From: a virus
Strand: one strand, 5' to 3'
Length of the DNA: 64,000 nucleotides
IMG/VR virus record: IMGVR_UViG_3300036781_000230
Span: 1 to 64,000 of that record
Shown: positions 17,364 through 27,570 of the stretch, piece by piece
Position numbering within the stretch: position 1 is the first letter of the stretch
How the letters are laid out: each line of letters starts with the position of its first letter
Notes under the pieces: model-generated
Told to the model about the DNA's origin: nothing
The model's database searches: none
What the model saw: only the letters and a program-made list of their open reading frames with translations
Position numbers and translations under genes: made by a program

Positions 17364-18797
17364 ATGGGATCATCTACTTTGCCGCTGTCTATTATCGCCG
17401 ATGTAACTGTAGTGACATCTTCACCTCAGGTAGCGGCTCCGACCTTTAATATAGGTTTGATTATTGGTCCTTCAACTGCTATTCCATCGTATGGAGCAAA
17501 TTCAAGAGTTCGTACGTATCTTGCAGCTACGTACTCTACAGCTATGTTAGCTGACGGATTTACTACTGATGACCCTGAGTTTATTTGTGCTCAGATTTAT
17601 TTCAGTCAATCTCCTCAACCTCAGACACTTCAAATTGGTCGTCAAGATTTAACTGCTATTGCTGCTGCTGCTCCTGCTGCTTCAGAAGGTGGTACAGGAT
17701 ATGTGGTTGGAGATATCGTAGGAGTGACTCAATCGAGTGCCTCTTTCGGTGAGCTTCGAGTATCTACGATTGGTACCAACGGCGTAGTTACTGCGCTTAC
17801 TACAGTTGCTGGCAATCAGGGAACGGGTTATTCTGTAGCTTCTGGCTTGGCTACAACTGGAGGTTCCGGTACTGGACTTCAGGTAGATATTACCGCTATT
17901 GGAGAAACTCCTCTTCAATCTGTTCAAGTTTGCAGAAATGTTAGTGCTTTGTGGTATCCTTGCATGGTTACCACCGCTGTCGACGCTGACCACATTGCTA
18001 TTTCAGCTTGGGTATTGTCTCAAGTCGGTACAATCTACTTTGGTACTTCCTCAGCTGCTACCGTTCCTGCTGGAACTGCCGGTAATCCTTTTCTTACCAT
18101 GTATGGCGCTGGCTCTAAGAGAACCTGGATGCAGTGGGCTACGACGCAAAGCGGACTCATCCCAACACAAGCATATTTTGTTGCTGCGGTCATGGGTCAA
18201 GCTATGGCTTCAAACACTCAACTTGCTAATTCTGCTTTCACTGAAAAGTTTAGCGGTGGAGTTCCTCTCGTCGGAGTATTCGTAGAACCCAATCTAACTA
18301 CCACTCAGATTGCTAATATCGAAGGACAGAGCACTTCGCTTGGCCCCAATGGAAATCTTTATCTAAATTACGGAAATTCATTCAATGTGCTTGAACAAGG
18401 CACCATGATGGCTCCCGGAGTTTTCTTTGATCAGATTTTAAATCTCGATATTCTAGCTTCTAACATTCAGTTTGCTATCATGAATCTTCTGACTTCATCT
18501 CCGAAGATTCCTCAAACTGACGCAGGTCAGCAACTCTTGATACAAGCAGTCGAGTCCGCTCTTACGCAGTCTGCTAACACCGGATTTATTGCTTCGGGAG
18601 TTTGGAAAGGACAGAATATCCTCAACCAGATTACTCCTGGTATGGCTCTTCCAACTGGATTTGCAGTAGTATCTCCTCTTTATAAGACTCTTACTTCTGC
18701 TCAAATCCAAGCTCGTCAAGCGCCTCCTATTTATGTGGCTCTTATCGAAGCTGGAGCTGTTCACTTCGTGACTATCGAAGTTCTTGTACAGGTATAA
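17364..18797 (+). CDS. Tail sheath protein (DUF3383)
   Basis: YFSQSPQP..L.IGR, G.FFDQ, KIPQTDAG, ARQAPPI, GAVHFV. Confidence 0.9.
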   Translation: MGSSTLPLSIIADVTVVTSSPQVAAPTFNIGLIIGPSTAIPSYGANSRVRTYLAATYSTAMLADGFTTDDPEFICAQIYFSQSPQPQTLQIGRQDLTAIAAAAPAASEGGTGYVVGDIVGVTQSSASFGELRVSTIGTNGVVTALTTVAGNQGTGYSVASGLATTGGSGTGLQVDITAIGETPLQSVQVCRNVSALWYPCMVTTAVDADHIAISAWVLSQVGTIYFGTSSAATVPAGTAGNPFLTMYGAGSKRTWMQWATTQSGLIPTQAYFVAAVMGQAMASNTQLANSAFTEKFSGGVPLVGVFVEPNLTTTQIANIEGQSTSLGPNGNLYLNYGNSFNVLEQGTMMAPGVFFDQILNLDILASNIQFAIMNLLTSSPKIPQTDAGQQLLIQAVESALTQSANTGFIASGVWKGQNILNQITPGMALPTGFAVVSPLYKTLTSAQIQARQAPPIYVALIEAGAVHFVTIEVLVQV

Positions 18798-18818
18798 TCT
18801 ATAAGTCTCAAGGGTTAT

Positions 18819-18910
18819 ATGCAATTCGAGTATGAATATACATACATATTTGGGTTGCATATGATTCCATGGGAATCCAGGATATCTTAGTGATGACCCT
18901 GGTGAATACT
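18819..18910. repeat. 42-bp dyad, copy 2, with phased tail
   Basis: ATGCAA-N30-TTGCAT at 18819-18860, then ..aatCCAGGat.. Confidence 0.8.
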
Positions 18911-18949
18911 AATCATCATTTTACTGTTCGGTATTTGAAAGGATAACTC

Positions 18950-19393
18950 ATGGCTACAACCTATGCCTTCAAGAGTGTTGTCGGGGCTTTTGCTGATCCT
19001 GACGTTGGAAGTTTCCCTTTTGCAGGACAAGAGGGGGTCAAGCATATTACGATTGGAAATGCTACAGATCGTACTGTGCACGACACAGCTGCTGATGGTA
19101 CTGTCATGGTATCCTATGTTTCAGGTGCTTCTGGTTACGCTGAAATTGAATGCCAACAGAATAGCACTCTTAATCAGTTTTTAGTTAACTGGGCAAATGC
19201 TAAGTTTACAGAGAGTGAAAATGGTGGAGCAGCTAATTTTGCTGCCGCTGTTCTTAAACTCGTAGATCTTCTATCTGGAGCCAACCATACTCTTACAGGA
19301 GTGTCTCCTCTGAAGATTCCAGATAAAGCTTATGGTCCTTCAGGAGCTTCTGTTACTTGGCGATTGATGGCAGCTCAAGTTGTGACTCAGTAG
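18950..19393 (+). CDS. Tail tube protein
   Basis: TYAF..V, ADGTVMVS, K.PD..YG...W; follows the sheath. Confidence 0.85.
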   Translation: MATTYAFKSVVGAFADPDVGSFPFAGQEGVKHITIGNATDRTVHDTAADGTVMVSYVSGASGYAEIECQQNSTLNQFLVNWANAKFTESENGGAANFAAAVLKLVDLLSGANHTLTGVSPLKIPDKAYGPSGASVTWRLMAAQVVTQ

Positions 19394-19426
19394 GTTTAAA
19401 ATCTTATTATCAAGGAGAATCAAAAA

Positions 19427-19816
19427 GTGGAACCCCGAGTAAATCAAAAGGAAGTTAAGGTAGGAGAACAATCTTACTCAATTAAGAAGATGGACCCACG
19501 ACTAGCTTGCTGGCTTTTCTCAGTCCTAGCAGGAAAAGCTCCCTCAGGGTCTTCTTTGTTGGCTGCCTTGGGAAACTGCTCCAAATCAGAGTTTGATGAA
19601 ATTCAAGGTCATGCTCTTCGATTTGTGTTCCACTGTGATCTCCAAGATGGGGTGCTTCTAGAGATTCCTATTCTCGGTTCTAATGGAATGTGGGCCATCA
19701 AAGAACTTAATGATGATCCATCAAAAGTTTATAAGTTGACTACTGAGAGTATCATGTTCAACATAAATCCTTTTTTAGAAGGAAACAAGTCGACCGACCA
19801 ACCGTTGAATCGCTAA
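19427..19816 (+). CDS. Tail assembly chaperone (G)
   Basis: Between tube and tape measure; slippery T TTT TTA near the 3' end. Confidence 0.8.
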   Translation: MEPRVNQKEVKVGEQSYSIKKMDPRLACWLFSVLAGKAPSGSSLLAALGNCSKSEFDEIQGHALRFVFHCDLQDGVLLEIPILGSNGMWAIKELNDDPSKVYKLTTESIMFNINPFLEGNKSTDQPLNR

Positions 19817-20025
19817 ATTCTTTCGGATGGGAACCAGCTTTTTATACTAGTCTAAGTCCAATACTCATGAGACCAGTAGAAGCTGGACTGTGGAAACTCC
19901 ACGAAACATTCGATGGAACTTACATAGTGGATGACTTGTTTGACATCCTAGAAATGATGGATGTAAAGATGGAGAACGAAGCACGAGCCGAAGAATATAG
20001 GAGAAGAAAAGAAAATGTCCGCTAA
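19771..20025 (+). CDS. -1 frameshift extension of the tail chaperone (GT)
   Basis: -1 frame open from T TTT TTA (19771-19777) to TAA at 20025: ..LMRPVEAGLWKLHETFDGTYIVDDLFDILEMMDV.. Confidence 0.8.
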   Translation, partial: FFRRKQVDRPTVESLNSFGWEPAFYTSLSPILMRPVEAGLWKLHETFDGTYIVDDLFDILEMMDVKMENEARAEEYRRRKENVR

Positions 20026-21646
20026 CATTCTCGATTCCTATTTAGTAAAACTCGGTGCTGTAGTAGATGGTAGTTCATGGCAGAAATTTTCTTACACTCT
20101 TAGAGACGCTGAGAAAAATGTCTTGTCATTTGCTGGTGGCACCATGCTCAATTTTCTCAAGGTTGAGGCTACTATAGTAAGTGCTCTTTCTGCGGCTGGA
20201 ACAGGAATCATAGCTCTAGCGGATAAAACCGCAATGGCTGATCAACAGTACAGACTCTTTGGTATGAGAATGTTAATGACCAAAGAGTCTGCCAGAGCCA
20301 TGAAAATTGCCCAAGATGAGCTCGGTGCTTCTCTTGATGAAATTGCTTACGATCCAGAACTTAATAAAAGATTTCAATATCTCTATGAGCAAAACATAAA
20401 GCTCGGTAGAGCTATGGGCGACGGGTTTGACAGTAACATGCGTAGTATTCGTGATATTCGCATGGAATATGGAAGATTTACCGCCGAATTAGAATTTCTT
20501 GCTGGTGGAGCAGTTAGTAAACTTTTCGAAAAATTGGGATTTGGTTCTGGAGATGTTCTCAATAAGCTTAATAAGCTTAATGATTGGTTCACAGAAAATC
20601 TTCCGGGAATATCAGATCAAGTAGCTAATAAGTTAATTCCAGTTTGGCAAGATTGGGTAGTGGTCGGTAAAGACCTTAAAAATACAGTTAAGGATGTTGC
20701 TGGAGAATTTCAGTTTTTAACTGGAGTAATTACTGGAGATGATTCACTTCAGACTAATACTCTAAATGTTAAAGACGCCACAAAGGCAGCTTTAGATTGG
20801 TTAGATGTACTTGCTGAAATTGCCCTTACTCTTCAACTGATTGCAAAAACAGGTACTCATGCTTTTGCAGCGGGAACTGAAGGATTAGCATCTTTGATGG
20901 CCAGATTTCATGGGAATACAAAAGAAGCAGATAGATTAAACTATCTTTCTCAGCAAGACATGAAAGCCGCTGTTAATAATGTTGGAGATTATTTCTCAGG
21001 TAACGGAGCTAATGGACTTAACAAAGATTTTAGTGGAATCAATGATTTCTTTAAGAAACAAAATGAAAGAACTCAAGCAGAAAACACAACAAATCCAAAC
21101 TTAGCTAATCTAGTAAATCAGGCTGGTAAAAAATACAACATCGATCCTAATCTTCTATCTGCTCTTATCCATAAGGAAAGTAATTATAATACCGGTGCGA
21201 TAAGCAATAAAGGAGCTAAAGGTTTGATGCAGATGATGCCAGGAACAGCTTCTCAATATGGAGTTGATAATCCTTTCAATCCTGCTCAGTCTATAGAAGG
21301 TGGAACTCACTATCTTTCTGATTTACTTAATAAATATAATGGGAATGTTGAGAAGGCTTTAGCGGCTTACAATGCAGGTCCTGGGAATGTTGATAAGTAT
21401 GGAGGTATTCCTCCGTATAAAGAAACTGAAGACTACGTAAGAACTATCCTGAGAGACTATAGTCGGTACAGCAATGATGCCCATAGAGAAGGAGAAGCTG
21501 TTCATATAGGAACCGTTCACATTCATGTTCCCCATGACCTCCCATCTGATCAGTGGTCTCATTTCGTTAAAGAATCTATGGTTGATCTTACAAAGACTAA
21601 CAACGCTAAGACCATGGCACAGACTGCGGGAGGAGCGTTCTTCTAA
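20015..21646 (+). CDS. Tape measure protein with C-terminal soluble lytic transglycosylase domain
   Basis: N-terminal YLVKLG; ALIHKESNYN..AIS.KGAKGLMQMMP, ALAAYNAGPG, ETEDYV. Confidence 0.9.
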   Translation: MSANILDSYLVKLGAVVDGSSWQKFSYTLRDAEKNVLSFAGGTMLNFLKVEATIVSALSAAGTGIIALADKTAMADQQYRLFGMRMLMTKESARAMKIAQDELGASLDEIAYDPELNKRFQYLYEQNIKLGRAMGDGFDSNMRSIRDIRMEYGRFTAELEFLAGGAVSKLFEKLGFGSGDVLNKLNKLNDWFTENLPGISDQVANKLIPVWQDWVVVGKDLKNTVKDVAGEFQFLTGVITGDDSLQTNTLNVKDATKAALDWLDVLAEIALTLQLIAKTGTHAFAAGTEGLASLMARFHGNTKEADRLNYLSQQDMKAAVNNVGDYFSGNGANGLNKDFSGINDFFKKQNERTQAENTTNPNLANLVNQAGKKYNIDPNLLSALIHKESNYNTGAISNKGAKGLMQMMPGTASQYGVDNPFNPAQSIEGGTHYLSDLLNKYNGNVEKALAAYNAGPGNVDKYGGIPPYKETEDYVRTILRDYSRYSNDAHREGEAVHIGTVHIHVPHDLPSDQWSHFVKESMVDLTKTNNAKTMAQTAGGAFF

Positions 21647-22434
21647 TGGGATCAGGTATTATTTTTCCGCTAGGTTCTATAGCAGTAGCTGAAACTGAAG
21701 CTATAATAATTTCTAGTGAATATCAGAGTCCTCACGTAACTGTGGCTTCTCAGGGGGCCTGGACTCCTCCTCAATATTCAAAACCTGCCTTAACTATCTT
21801 AACTGTTCCAGCGACTTCAAATACCGCTACTGGCCAACCCTCTACTCCAGCAATTAATTACGTTTTCGATGCTGTTATGAGACTTAACCACAGCCGATCT
21901 CTAGTTAAGACTCAGCATCCTGTTCTTACAGGAGCTAATATCTCAGATCACGCTTATGTTAAACCTAGTGTAGTGGTCTTAGAAATTGGTATGAGTGATG
22001 CGATGAGTTCATTTAGTGCTGGAGTGTGGGTAGGGGCAGCCACCAAGAGTGTTTCAGCTTGGCAAATTCTCAAACAACTTCAGGTTAGCAGAACTCTTCT
22101 AACTCTTACAACTAGATTAGATACGTATTCTAATATGCTGATCGAGAATTTAACTTCTCCAGACGATAATAAAACTCTTCATGGTTTGAGAGCGACCGTG
22201 ACTTTGGGAGAAATTCTTTCAGCTAGTGTATCTTCTGTTCCTAATGTTAGTGCCAGACCTCAAACATCTGGTAGTTCTTCTGGTGGAACTATTCAATCTG
22301 TTCCTCCTAATCCATCGCAGACTGAGCAGAATGTCATTCCATCTACGCTATGGCCTAACACTCCATTATTTCCATCAGTCCCAGGCGCTGGATTAGTCAG
22401 TAGCAACAGTCTGGGACAAGTCCCGACGGAGTAA
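21646..22434 (+). CDS. Baseplate / tube-initiator (Dit-like) protein
   Basis: FDAV...H......T.HPV.TGANISDHAY..P. Confidence 0.8.
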   Translation: MGSGIIFPLGSIAVAETEAIIISSEYQSPHVTVASQGAWTPPQYSKPALTILTVPATSNTATGQPSTPAINYVFDAVMRLNHSRSLVKTQHPVLTGANISDHAYVKPSVVVLEIGMSDAMSSFSAGVWVGAATKSVSAWQILKQLQVSRTLLTLTTRLDTYSNMLIENLTSPDDNKTLHGLRATVTLGEILSASVSSVPNVSARPQTSGSSSGGTIQSVPPNPSQTEQNVIPSTLWPNTPLFPSVPGAGLVSSNSLGQVPTE

Positions 22435-22437
22435 GTC

Positions 22438-22863
22438 ATGAGTTTACAGCTTATACCTCTTACTAATTCTCCAAATCAACAATTCACGGTGTTACTACAG
22501 GTTGACGGAACTCCATTAACTTTAAATTTAACTATTAAATTTAATGAGATGTCTGGCTACTGGATACTTTCTATTTCAGATGTGAATAATAATCTACTAG
22601 TAGATTCTGTTCCAATGATATGCGGTAGTTATCCAGCAGCTAATCTTCTTCAACAACAAAGATACTTGAATATTGGTAGTTGGTATATAATCAACGTAGC
22701 TAACGGAACCCCAACTGGGGGTTCTGGAATAGGCTATGGTCAAGGTGGATATGGTCAAGGACCGTACGGCGGACAAGCCGGCCAAGGTGGAGAAGACTAT
22801 CCAGATGCGAGTAATTTAGGAACTGATTTCCAACTATGGGTGGATGATACTCCTAATATTTAG
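22438..22863 (+). CDS. Small baseplate protein with GYG-repeat insertion
   Basis: IPLT..PNQ.F, W.L.I.D..NN.L, NLL.Q..YL.IG, LGTD..L. Confidence 0.75.
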   Translation: MSLQLIPLTNSPNQQFTVLLQVDGTPLTLNLTIKFNEMSGYWILSISDVNNNLLVDSVPMICGSYPAANLLQQQRYLNIGSWYIINVANGTPTGGSGIGYGQGGYGQGPYGGQAGQGGEDYPDASNLGTDFQLWVDDTPNI

Positions 22864-22875
22864 ATTAGGTTTTAT

Positions 22876-22960
22876 ATGCAAATAATGACTAAGTGTATTA
22901 TCATGAATAATTTGCATATAATTCCTGACGCAACCTGGATTAACTAGAGAATGACTCCAT
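22876..22960. repeat. 42-bp dyad, copy 3, with phased tail
   Basis: ATGCAA-N30-TTGCAT at 22876-22917, then ..aaCCTGGattaaCTAG.. Confidence 0.8.
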
Positions 22961-24059
22961 GAGCACTCAATCAACTACACCATTCTTCGGAAGAGCATAT
23001 TCACTAACTATTACTCCAAATCAAGGTCCATCAGCAGGAACTCCCATAGTTATTACGAGTGACTCTTTTGAACCCAATGCCTTAAGGGTAACTTTTGATA
23101 TAGTTCAATACGCTTTCTCAGCTTTCTGGGCAGCAGAAATAAACATCTGGAATGCTGATGGACCTATATCAACTGGACCTTCTGCAGGAGTTGATTTGTA
23201 CCAAGCTGTGATTCAAGAAGGTGACATAGTAACTTTAGCAGCTGGATATCAAGCTGACTATCCTTATCCTTCTGTTCCTCCAGCTATTTTTACTGGTCCA
23301 GTATTTTATACTATTCAAGATAGACTAGATGTCGTAGACAGAAGACTCACCATTCACTGTCTCTTGAATAGAGCACTAACTACTCAAAATTTTCTCAACG
23401 CTACTTTACCTGCTCTATCTACTCAGTTTACTCAAGCTCAGTTTATAGCCAGTCAGGCTCTCAATAAGATTGGATTGAATAATTCTCAGGTTCAGTCGGT
23501 TATAAATTCAGCTACTCCTCAAAGAGGAGCTAATAGATTACCTAGAGGAAAATCTTACTTTGGTAATCCTCATCCTTATCTTAATGCGTTAGCTGACCAA
23601 AATAACCTATTATCGTGGTTTGATAATAAAGGATGGAATGTAGACTCTCTACAGCAACCTCTAGGAAATTTAGTAGCTACTTATGCTCCTATAGTTCCTC
23701 AAGGTGGACCTCCAGCTAAAGTTGGTGGAGTAACTCTGAGTCTCATAGGACAGCCTCAACAGACTCAACTAGGAGTGAATTTTAGAGTTTTACTAGATCC
23801 TAATGTTCAAATAACTGCGCCACTTCCTCAAGTGGCTGTTCAAAAACAGTTTATTAGACAGGCTCCTATTGCCTATCCATTACCCGTAGGACAGGGACCG
23901 CCGGTTCCTATTGTTGATAAGTATGCTGTAGTTGGAATTCGTTTTATCGGAGACACTAGGGGAAATACCTGGTACTCAGAAATTACTGGAATAGCTCAAA
24001 TTCAGCAAGCTATTCAACTTCTTGGTCAAAGTCTTCAAGCCGACGCTACGGGGAATTAG
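22959..24059 (+). CDS. Baseplate hub protein
   Basis: LRVTFDI, AEINIWN, V.LAAGY, LPRGK, LIGQPQ, GDTRGNTWYS. Confidence 0.8.
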   Translation: MSTQSTTPFFGRAYSLTITPNQGPSAGTPIVITSDSFEPNALRVTFDIVQYAFSAFWAAEINIWNADGPISTGPSAGVDLYQAVIQEGDIVTLAAGYQADYPYPSVPPAIFTGPVFYTIQDRLDVVDRRLTIHCLLNRALTTQNFLNATLPALSTQFTQAQFIASQALNKIGLNNSQVQSVINSATPQRGANRLPRGKSYFGNPHPYLNALADQNNLLSWFDNKGWNVDSLQQPLGNLVATYAPIVPQGGPPAKVGGVTLSLIGQPQQTQLGVNFRVLLDPNVQITAPLPQVAVQKQFIRQAPIAYPLPVGQGPPVPIVDKYAVVGIRFIGDTRGNTWYSEITGIAQIQQAIQLLGQSLQADATGN

Positions 24060-24063
24060 AAAA

Positions 24064-24774
24064 ATGCTATCAATTCAAGAGAGACTGGGACTACATACAG
24101 AACCTATTGCTGGGGCTGCCTGGCAATGGGCTTGTATGTTACGCTGCGCAGTTCCTGGAATTGTAGAATCTTTCGATCCAGTTAAACAAACTTGTGTAGT
24201 TCAGCCAGCCATTCAGGAAATGGTTCTTTTACCGCCTCCACCAACTCAACAAGTCACTAATCCTGGAAATACTCAGAACATTCCCACATCAGTAACAATT
24301 GAACCTATTCAAGATGTTCCTATCATGATGATGAGAGTTCCTGGTTGGTCGATGACTTTTCCAATCACTAAAGGAACAGAGTGTCTTCTGATATTTTCTG
24401 ATATGTGTATCGACGGTTGGTGGCAGAACGGTGGAATCAACCCCCAGTATGATCGCCGTAGACACGATCTTTCCGACGCTTTTGCGTGGTTTGGCCCATG
24501 GTCTCAACCGAATGTCTTATCAAATTATTCTACCAGTTCTGTTCAAATAAGATCAGATGATCAGACTGTAGTTATAGACTTAGCTTCTAGCACTATTACA
24601 GTTACTGCTCCTAGTGTAGAAATTAAAGCTCAAGGCGGAACAGCTAAACCGGTTCTCACTAAAGATTTATATGACTGGGTGATCTCTACTTTATTGCCTG
24701 CTTTAGCTTCCCATAGCATTACAGTAACCCCTCCTCCAATTACTTCACTCACAACTATATTAGAGGCTGAGTAA
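24064..24774 (+). CDS. Baseplate central spike (Gp138 N-terminal-like)
   Basis: PGIVESFDP, VQPAI, DVP, ECLLIF.D.CID.WW..GG, R.HDLSD. Confidence 0.85.
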   Translation: MLSIQERLGLHTEPIAGAAWQWACMLRCAVPGIVESFDPVKQTCVVQPAIQEMVLLPPPPTQQVTNPGNTQNIPTSVTIEPIQDVPIMMMRVPGWSMTFPITKGTECLLIFSDMCIDGWWQNGGINPQYDRRRHDLSDAFAWFGPWSQPNVLSNYSTSSVQIRSDDQTVVIDLASSTITVTAPSVEIKAQGGTAKPVLTKDLYDWVISTLLPALASHSITVTPPPITSLTTILEAE

Positions 24775-25175
24775 TGGCAACTATAACTGTAAGAAAATTA
24801 GATCCAGTTACTTGGGAACCTCAATTTGGTAACGGTCAAGAGAACTTCATCTCGGATCTAGAGGCTGTAACTCAAATTATAGCTACTAGATTAAAATTAT
24901 TTCAGGGAGAATGGTTTCTTAATCTAGAAGACGGATTACCTCTGTTTCAATCTATCTTAGGTTCTTCGGGTAGTCAGAGAAATATCACAGTCATTACCAA
25001 CTTGATAGCAGCTAGAATTTTGGGAACTCCTTATGTTACGGCTATAGTTTCTATTACAGCTACCTATCAAAATAGAAAATTTGTGTTTAGTGCAACGGTG
25101 GCTACTCAGTTTGGAGTTGTAACAGTGAGCAATTCTCCTGGAACCTCTGCTATTCTGACGAGTCCATCCTCCTAG
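24774..25175 (+). CDS. Baseplate wedge / sheath initiator
   Basis: EAV.Q.I.TRL.LFQGEWFL...DG.P. Confidence 0.8.
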   Translation: MATITVRKLDPVTWEPQFGNGQENFISDLEAVTQIIATRLKLFQGEWFLNLEDGLPLFQSILGSSGSQRNITVITNLIAARILGTPYVTAIVSITATYQNRKFVFSATVATQFGVVTVSNSPGTSAILTSPSS

Positions 25176-25186
25176 AAAGGGCTCTG

Positions 25187-26386
25187 ATGGCATATTTTCC
25201 TCCAGTAATTACGGCAGCAGGGCTCTCTATACCTACTTTCAATGATATTCAAGCTGTTATCCTGAGCGCCTTTCAGTCGATCTATGGATCGACTACTTAC
25301 CTCGGAAATGACTCTGCTGATTATCAATGGATTTCTGCTCTAGCTCTTAAGTTAAATGACAATATGGGTCTCTGTCAGTTGGCCTATAATGCTCGATCCC
25401 CACTTACTGCTATAGGTTCTGATTTAGATTCTATACTTAAGATTAATGGATTAACTAGACTTTCTTCTTCTAATTCATCAGTAACTCTGTTACTTACTGG
25501 TTTATCTGGAACTCCTATTTACAGCGCCATTATAGCTGACGTGAATGGTATTCTCTGGCAACTTCCTCCAACAGTAACTATCGGTCCTGGTGGAAGCGCT
25601 AGTGCTACTGCTATATGTCAGCAAGGTGGTCCGATTAGTGCTGCTCCAGATACTATCAAAACTCCAGTCGGTGGATTTACTGCTGGTTGGAACACAGTAA
25701 CTAACCCTTCGGCCGCTAACGTAGGAACTCCTGTAGAATCTGATTCTAATGCCAGAGCTCGTCAATCTGTTTCGGTAGCTCTACCATCTAGTACTAGACT
25801 TGCTGGAACCGTCGCTGAAGTCAAAGCAGTGGCTGGAGTTACTCTTACTAATATCTTAGAGAATCAAACTGGAGTTACTGATGCTTACGGTAACCTTGGT
25901 CACTCTATGACTGCTGTTGTAATGGGTGGAACTGATTTAGATGTCGCTACTGCTATCTTCAATAATAGAGGAATAGGATGTAACACTATTGGAGCTACAG
26001 CCGTATCTATGGTTGAAGTTTCTGTAACTGATCCCAATTCTGGAAATGTTATGGTTATTGGTTTTGTTAGACCTGTATCAGTTCCCATTTATGTCATGCT
26101 TGGAATTCACGGTCTAACATCTAATTATAATTCTGCTATGCAGACGAATATTCAGAATGCCGTAGCTAACTATCTCAATAGTTTGCAAATTGGAGAAGAA
26201 GTTACTCAATCTGCTTTATATGGAGTGGCTTTGTCTGCTATGCCTAATCTGCTTCAGCCTGATTTTTCCATTAGATCTCTTCAACTGGGAATTACTTCTT
26301 CCCCTACTGGAACTACAGATATTGATATGGATTTCTGGCAAGTTTCTTCTGGCTTATCAGCTAATGTTACTATCAATGCGGTGTAA
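25187..26386 (+). CDS. Baseplate J-like protein
   Basis: YNARSP.TA.G..LD, V.NP..A..G...ESD...R.RQ. Confidence 0.9.
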   Translation: MAYFPPVITAAGLSIPTFNDIQAVILSAFQSIYGSTTYLGNDSADYQWISALALKLNDNMGLCQLAYNARSPLTAIGSDLDSILKINGLTRLSSSNSSVTLLLTGLSGTPIYSAIIADVNGILWQLPPTVTIGPGGSASATAICQQGGPISAAPDTIKTPVGGFTAGWNTVTNPSAANVGTPVESDSNARARQSVSVALPSSTRLAGTVAEVKAVAGVTLTNILENQTGVTDAYGNLGHSMTAVVMGGTDLDVATAIFNNRGIGCNTIGATAVSMVEVSVTDPNSGNVMVIGFVRPVSVPIYVMLGIHGLTSNYNSAMQTNIQNAVANYLNSLQIGEEVTQSALYGVALSAMPNLLQPDFSIRSLQLGITSSPTGTTDIDMDFWQVSSGLSANVTINAV

Positions 26387-26389
26387 ATC

Positions 26390-26977
26390 ATGCCTGGACA
26401 ACTTCCTATTCAATCACTTACTAATGGTTACTATCTAAACATATTAACCTCTGAATACAGAACAACCACCCAATTTAATCAGTGGTTTACTGTAGTTTTG
26501 AATATTGCTACTGATATTTCAAATTGTCTACAGTTTATTACGTCTGCTTTTGATTTAGATTTTGCTGTAGGAGTTCAACTAGATATTCTAGGTGTTTTAA
26601 TTGGAGTTAAAAGAACAGTTCCTTTCCAGCCTAATAACGGAATAAGTCCTGTTCTCGATGATGACACCTATAGAATACTCTTGAAAGCTACTATAGCTAA
26701 TAATCAATGGGATGGAACACAGGGAAGTCTGTATCCTATCTGGAAACAACTTTTCCCTGGTGGTCAAATTATTATCATAGATAATCAAAATATGACCGCA
26801 GACATCCTGATGACAGGGTCGTTCTCCTCTATTCTTCAAGACTTAATCACCAATGGAATGATTGTTCCAAGACCACAGGCTGTTCAATATAATTATGTCT
26901 TCGGTACGCTTCCATTCTTTGGATTCGGATTTAACAATCAGTTCATAGCTGGCTTTGGTACAGGCCATTGGGGGTAA
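26390..26977 (+). CDS. Baseplate wedge protein (DUF2612)
   Basis: FDLD.AVG.QLD.LG, LDDDTYR.LLKA.I..N.WDG, DNQNMT, VPRP. Confidence 0.85.
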   Translation: MPGQLPIQSLTNGYYLNILTSEYRTTTQFNQWFTVVLNIATDISNCLQFITSAFDLDFAVGVQLDILGVLIGVKRTVPFQPNNGISPVLDDDTYRILLKATIANNQWDGTQGSLYPIWKQLFPGGQIIIIDNQNMTADILMTGSFSSILQDLITNGMIVPRPQAVQYNYVFGTLPFFGFGFNNQFIAGFGTGHWG

Positions 26978-26986
26978 TAAAGAACA

Positions 26987-27559
26987 ATGGCTGGCTCAAC
27001 TAATCTTCTTCAATTTAATCCCGGCGCAGCTAATCAAGAAACTGATGCTCAATATGCAGCAGATTCTCAACGAGCTGGTGGAACTATTAATGGTCAAATC
27101 TTTAATGATCAACTGGCTAATAAGTTATTCTATCAGCTCTCTACTTTCTGTACGGCTTTTGGATTGATGATGGCTTCTAAAGGCTATACTATTACAGATA
27201 CGGATATATCCGCTTTAGAAGGTCAATTAGCTAACGTTATCACAGCTGCTGATCTTAAAGCAAATCTTCAGATTTTAGGATTCTCTTCTACTACTAACTT
27301 TAACGCTGCTACTAGTAATGGTTTCCAAGTTACTCTTTCTGGAAATATGGTTGCTACAGCATCTGGAGTTTCTCCTGGTCAAGAGGTTACTTTCATAATC
27401 ATTCAAGACGCAACTGGTGGTAGAGATATTACCTGGGGCTCAGGATTTGCTGGAGGTCCTAGCCCAGCTCCTAACCCTAATCAAGTGTCTATAATCACTT
27501 TTTATGGTGATGGTGGTGGAACTCTTCGATCTAAGGTAGCTGGCGCAGTAACGAATTAA
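26987..27559 (+). CDS. Short baseplate-anchored tail fibre / adaptor (no signal peptide)
   Basis: N-terminal F.P.AAN..T.A.Y...NKLFYQ.S; C-terminal QDATGGR.ITW domain. Confidence 0.75.
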   Translation: MAGSTNLLQFNPGAANQETDAQYAADSQRAGGTINGQIFNDQLANKLFYQLSTFCTAFGLMMASKGYTITDTDISALEGQLANVITAADLKANLQILGFSSTTNFNAATSNGFQVTLSGNMVATASGVSPGQEVTFIIIQDATGGRDITWGSGFAGGPSPAPNPNQVSIITFYGDGGGTLRSKVAGAVTN

Positions 27560-27570
27560 GGGAGATTTTC

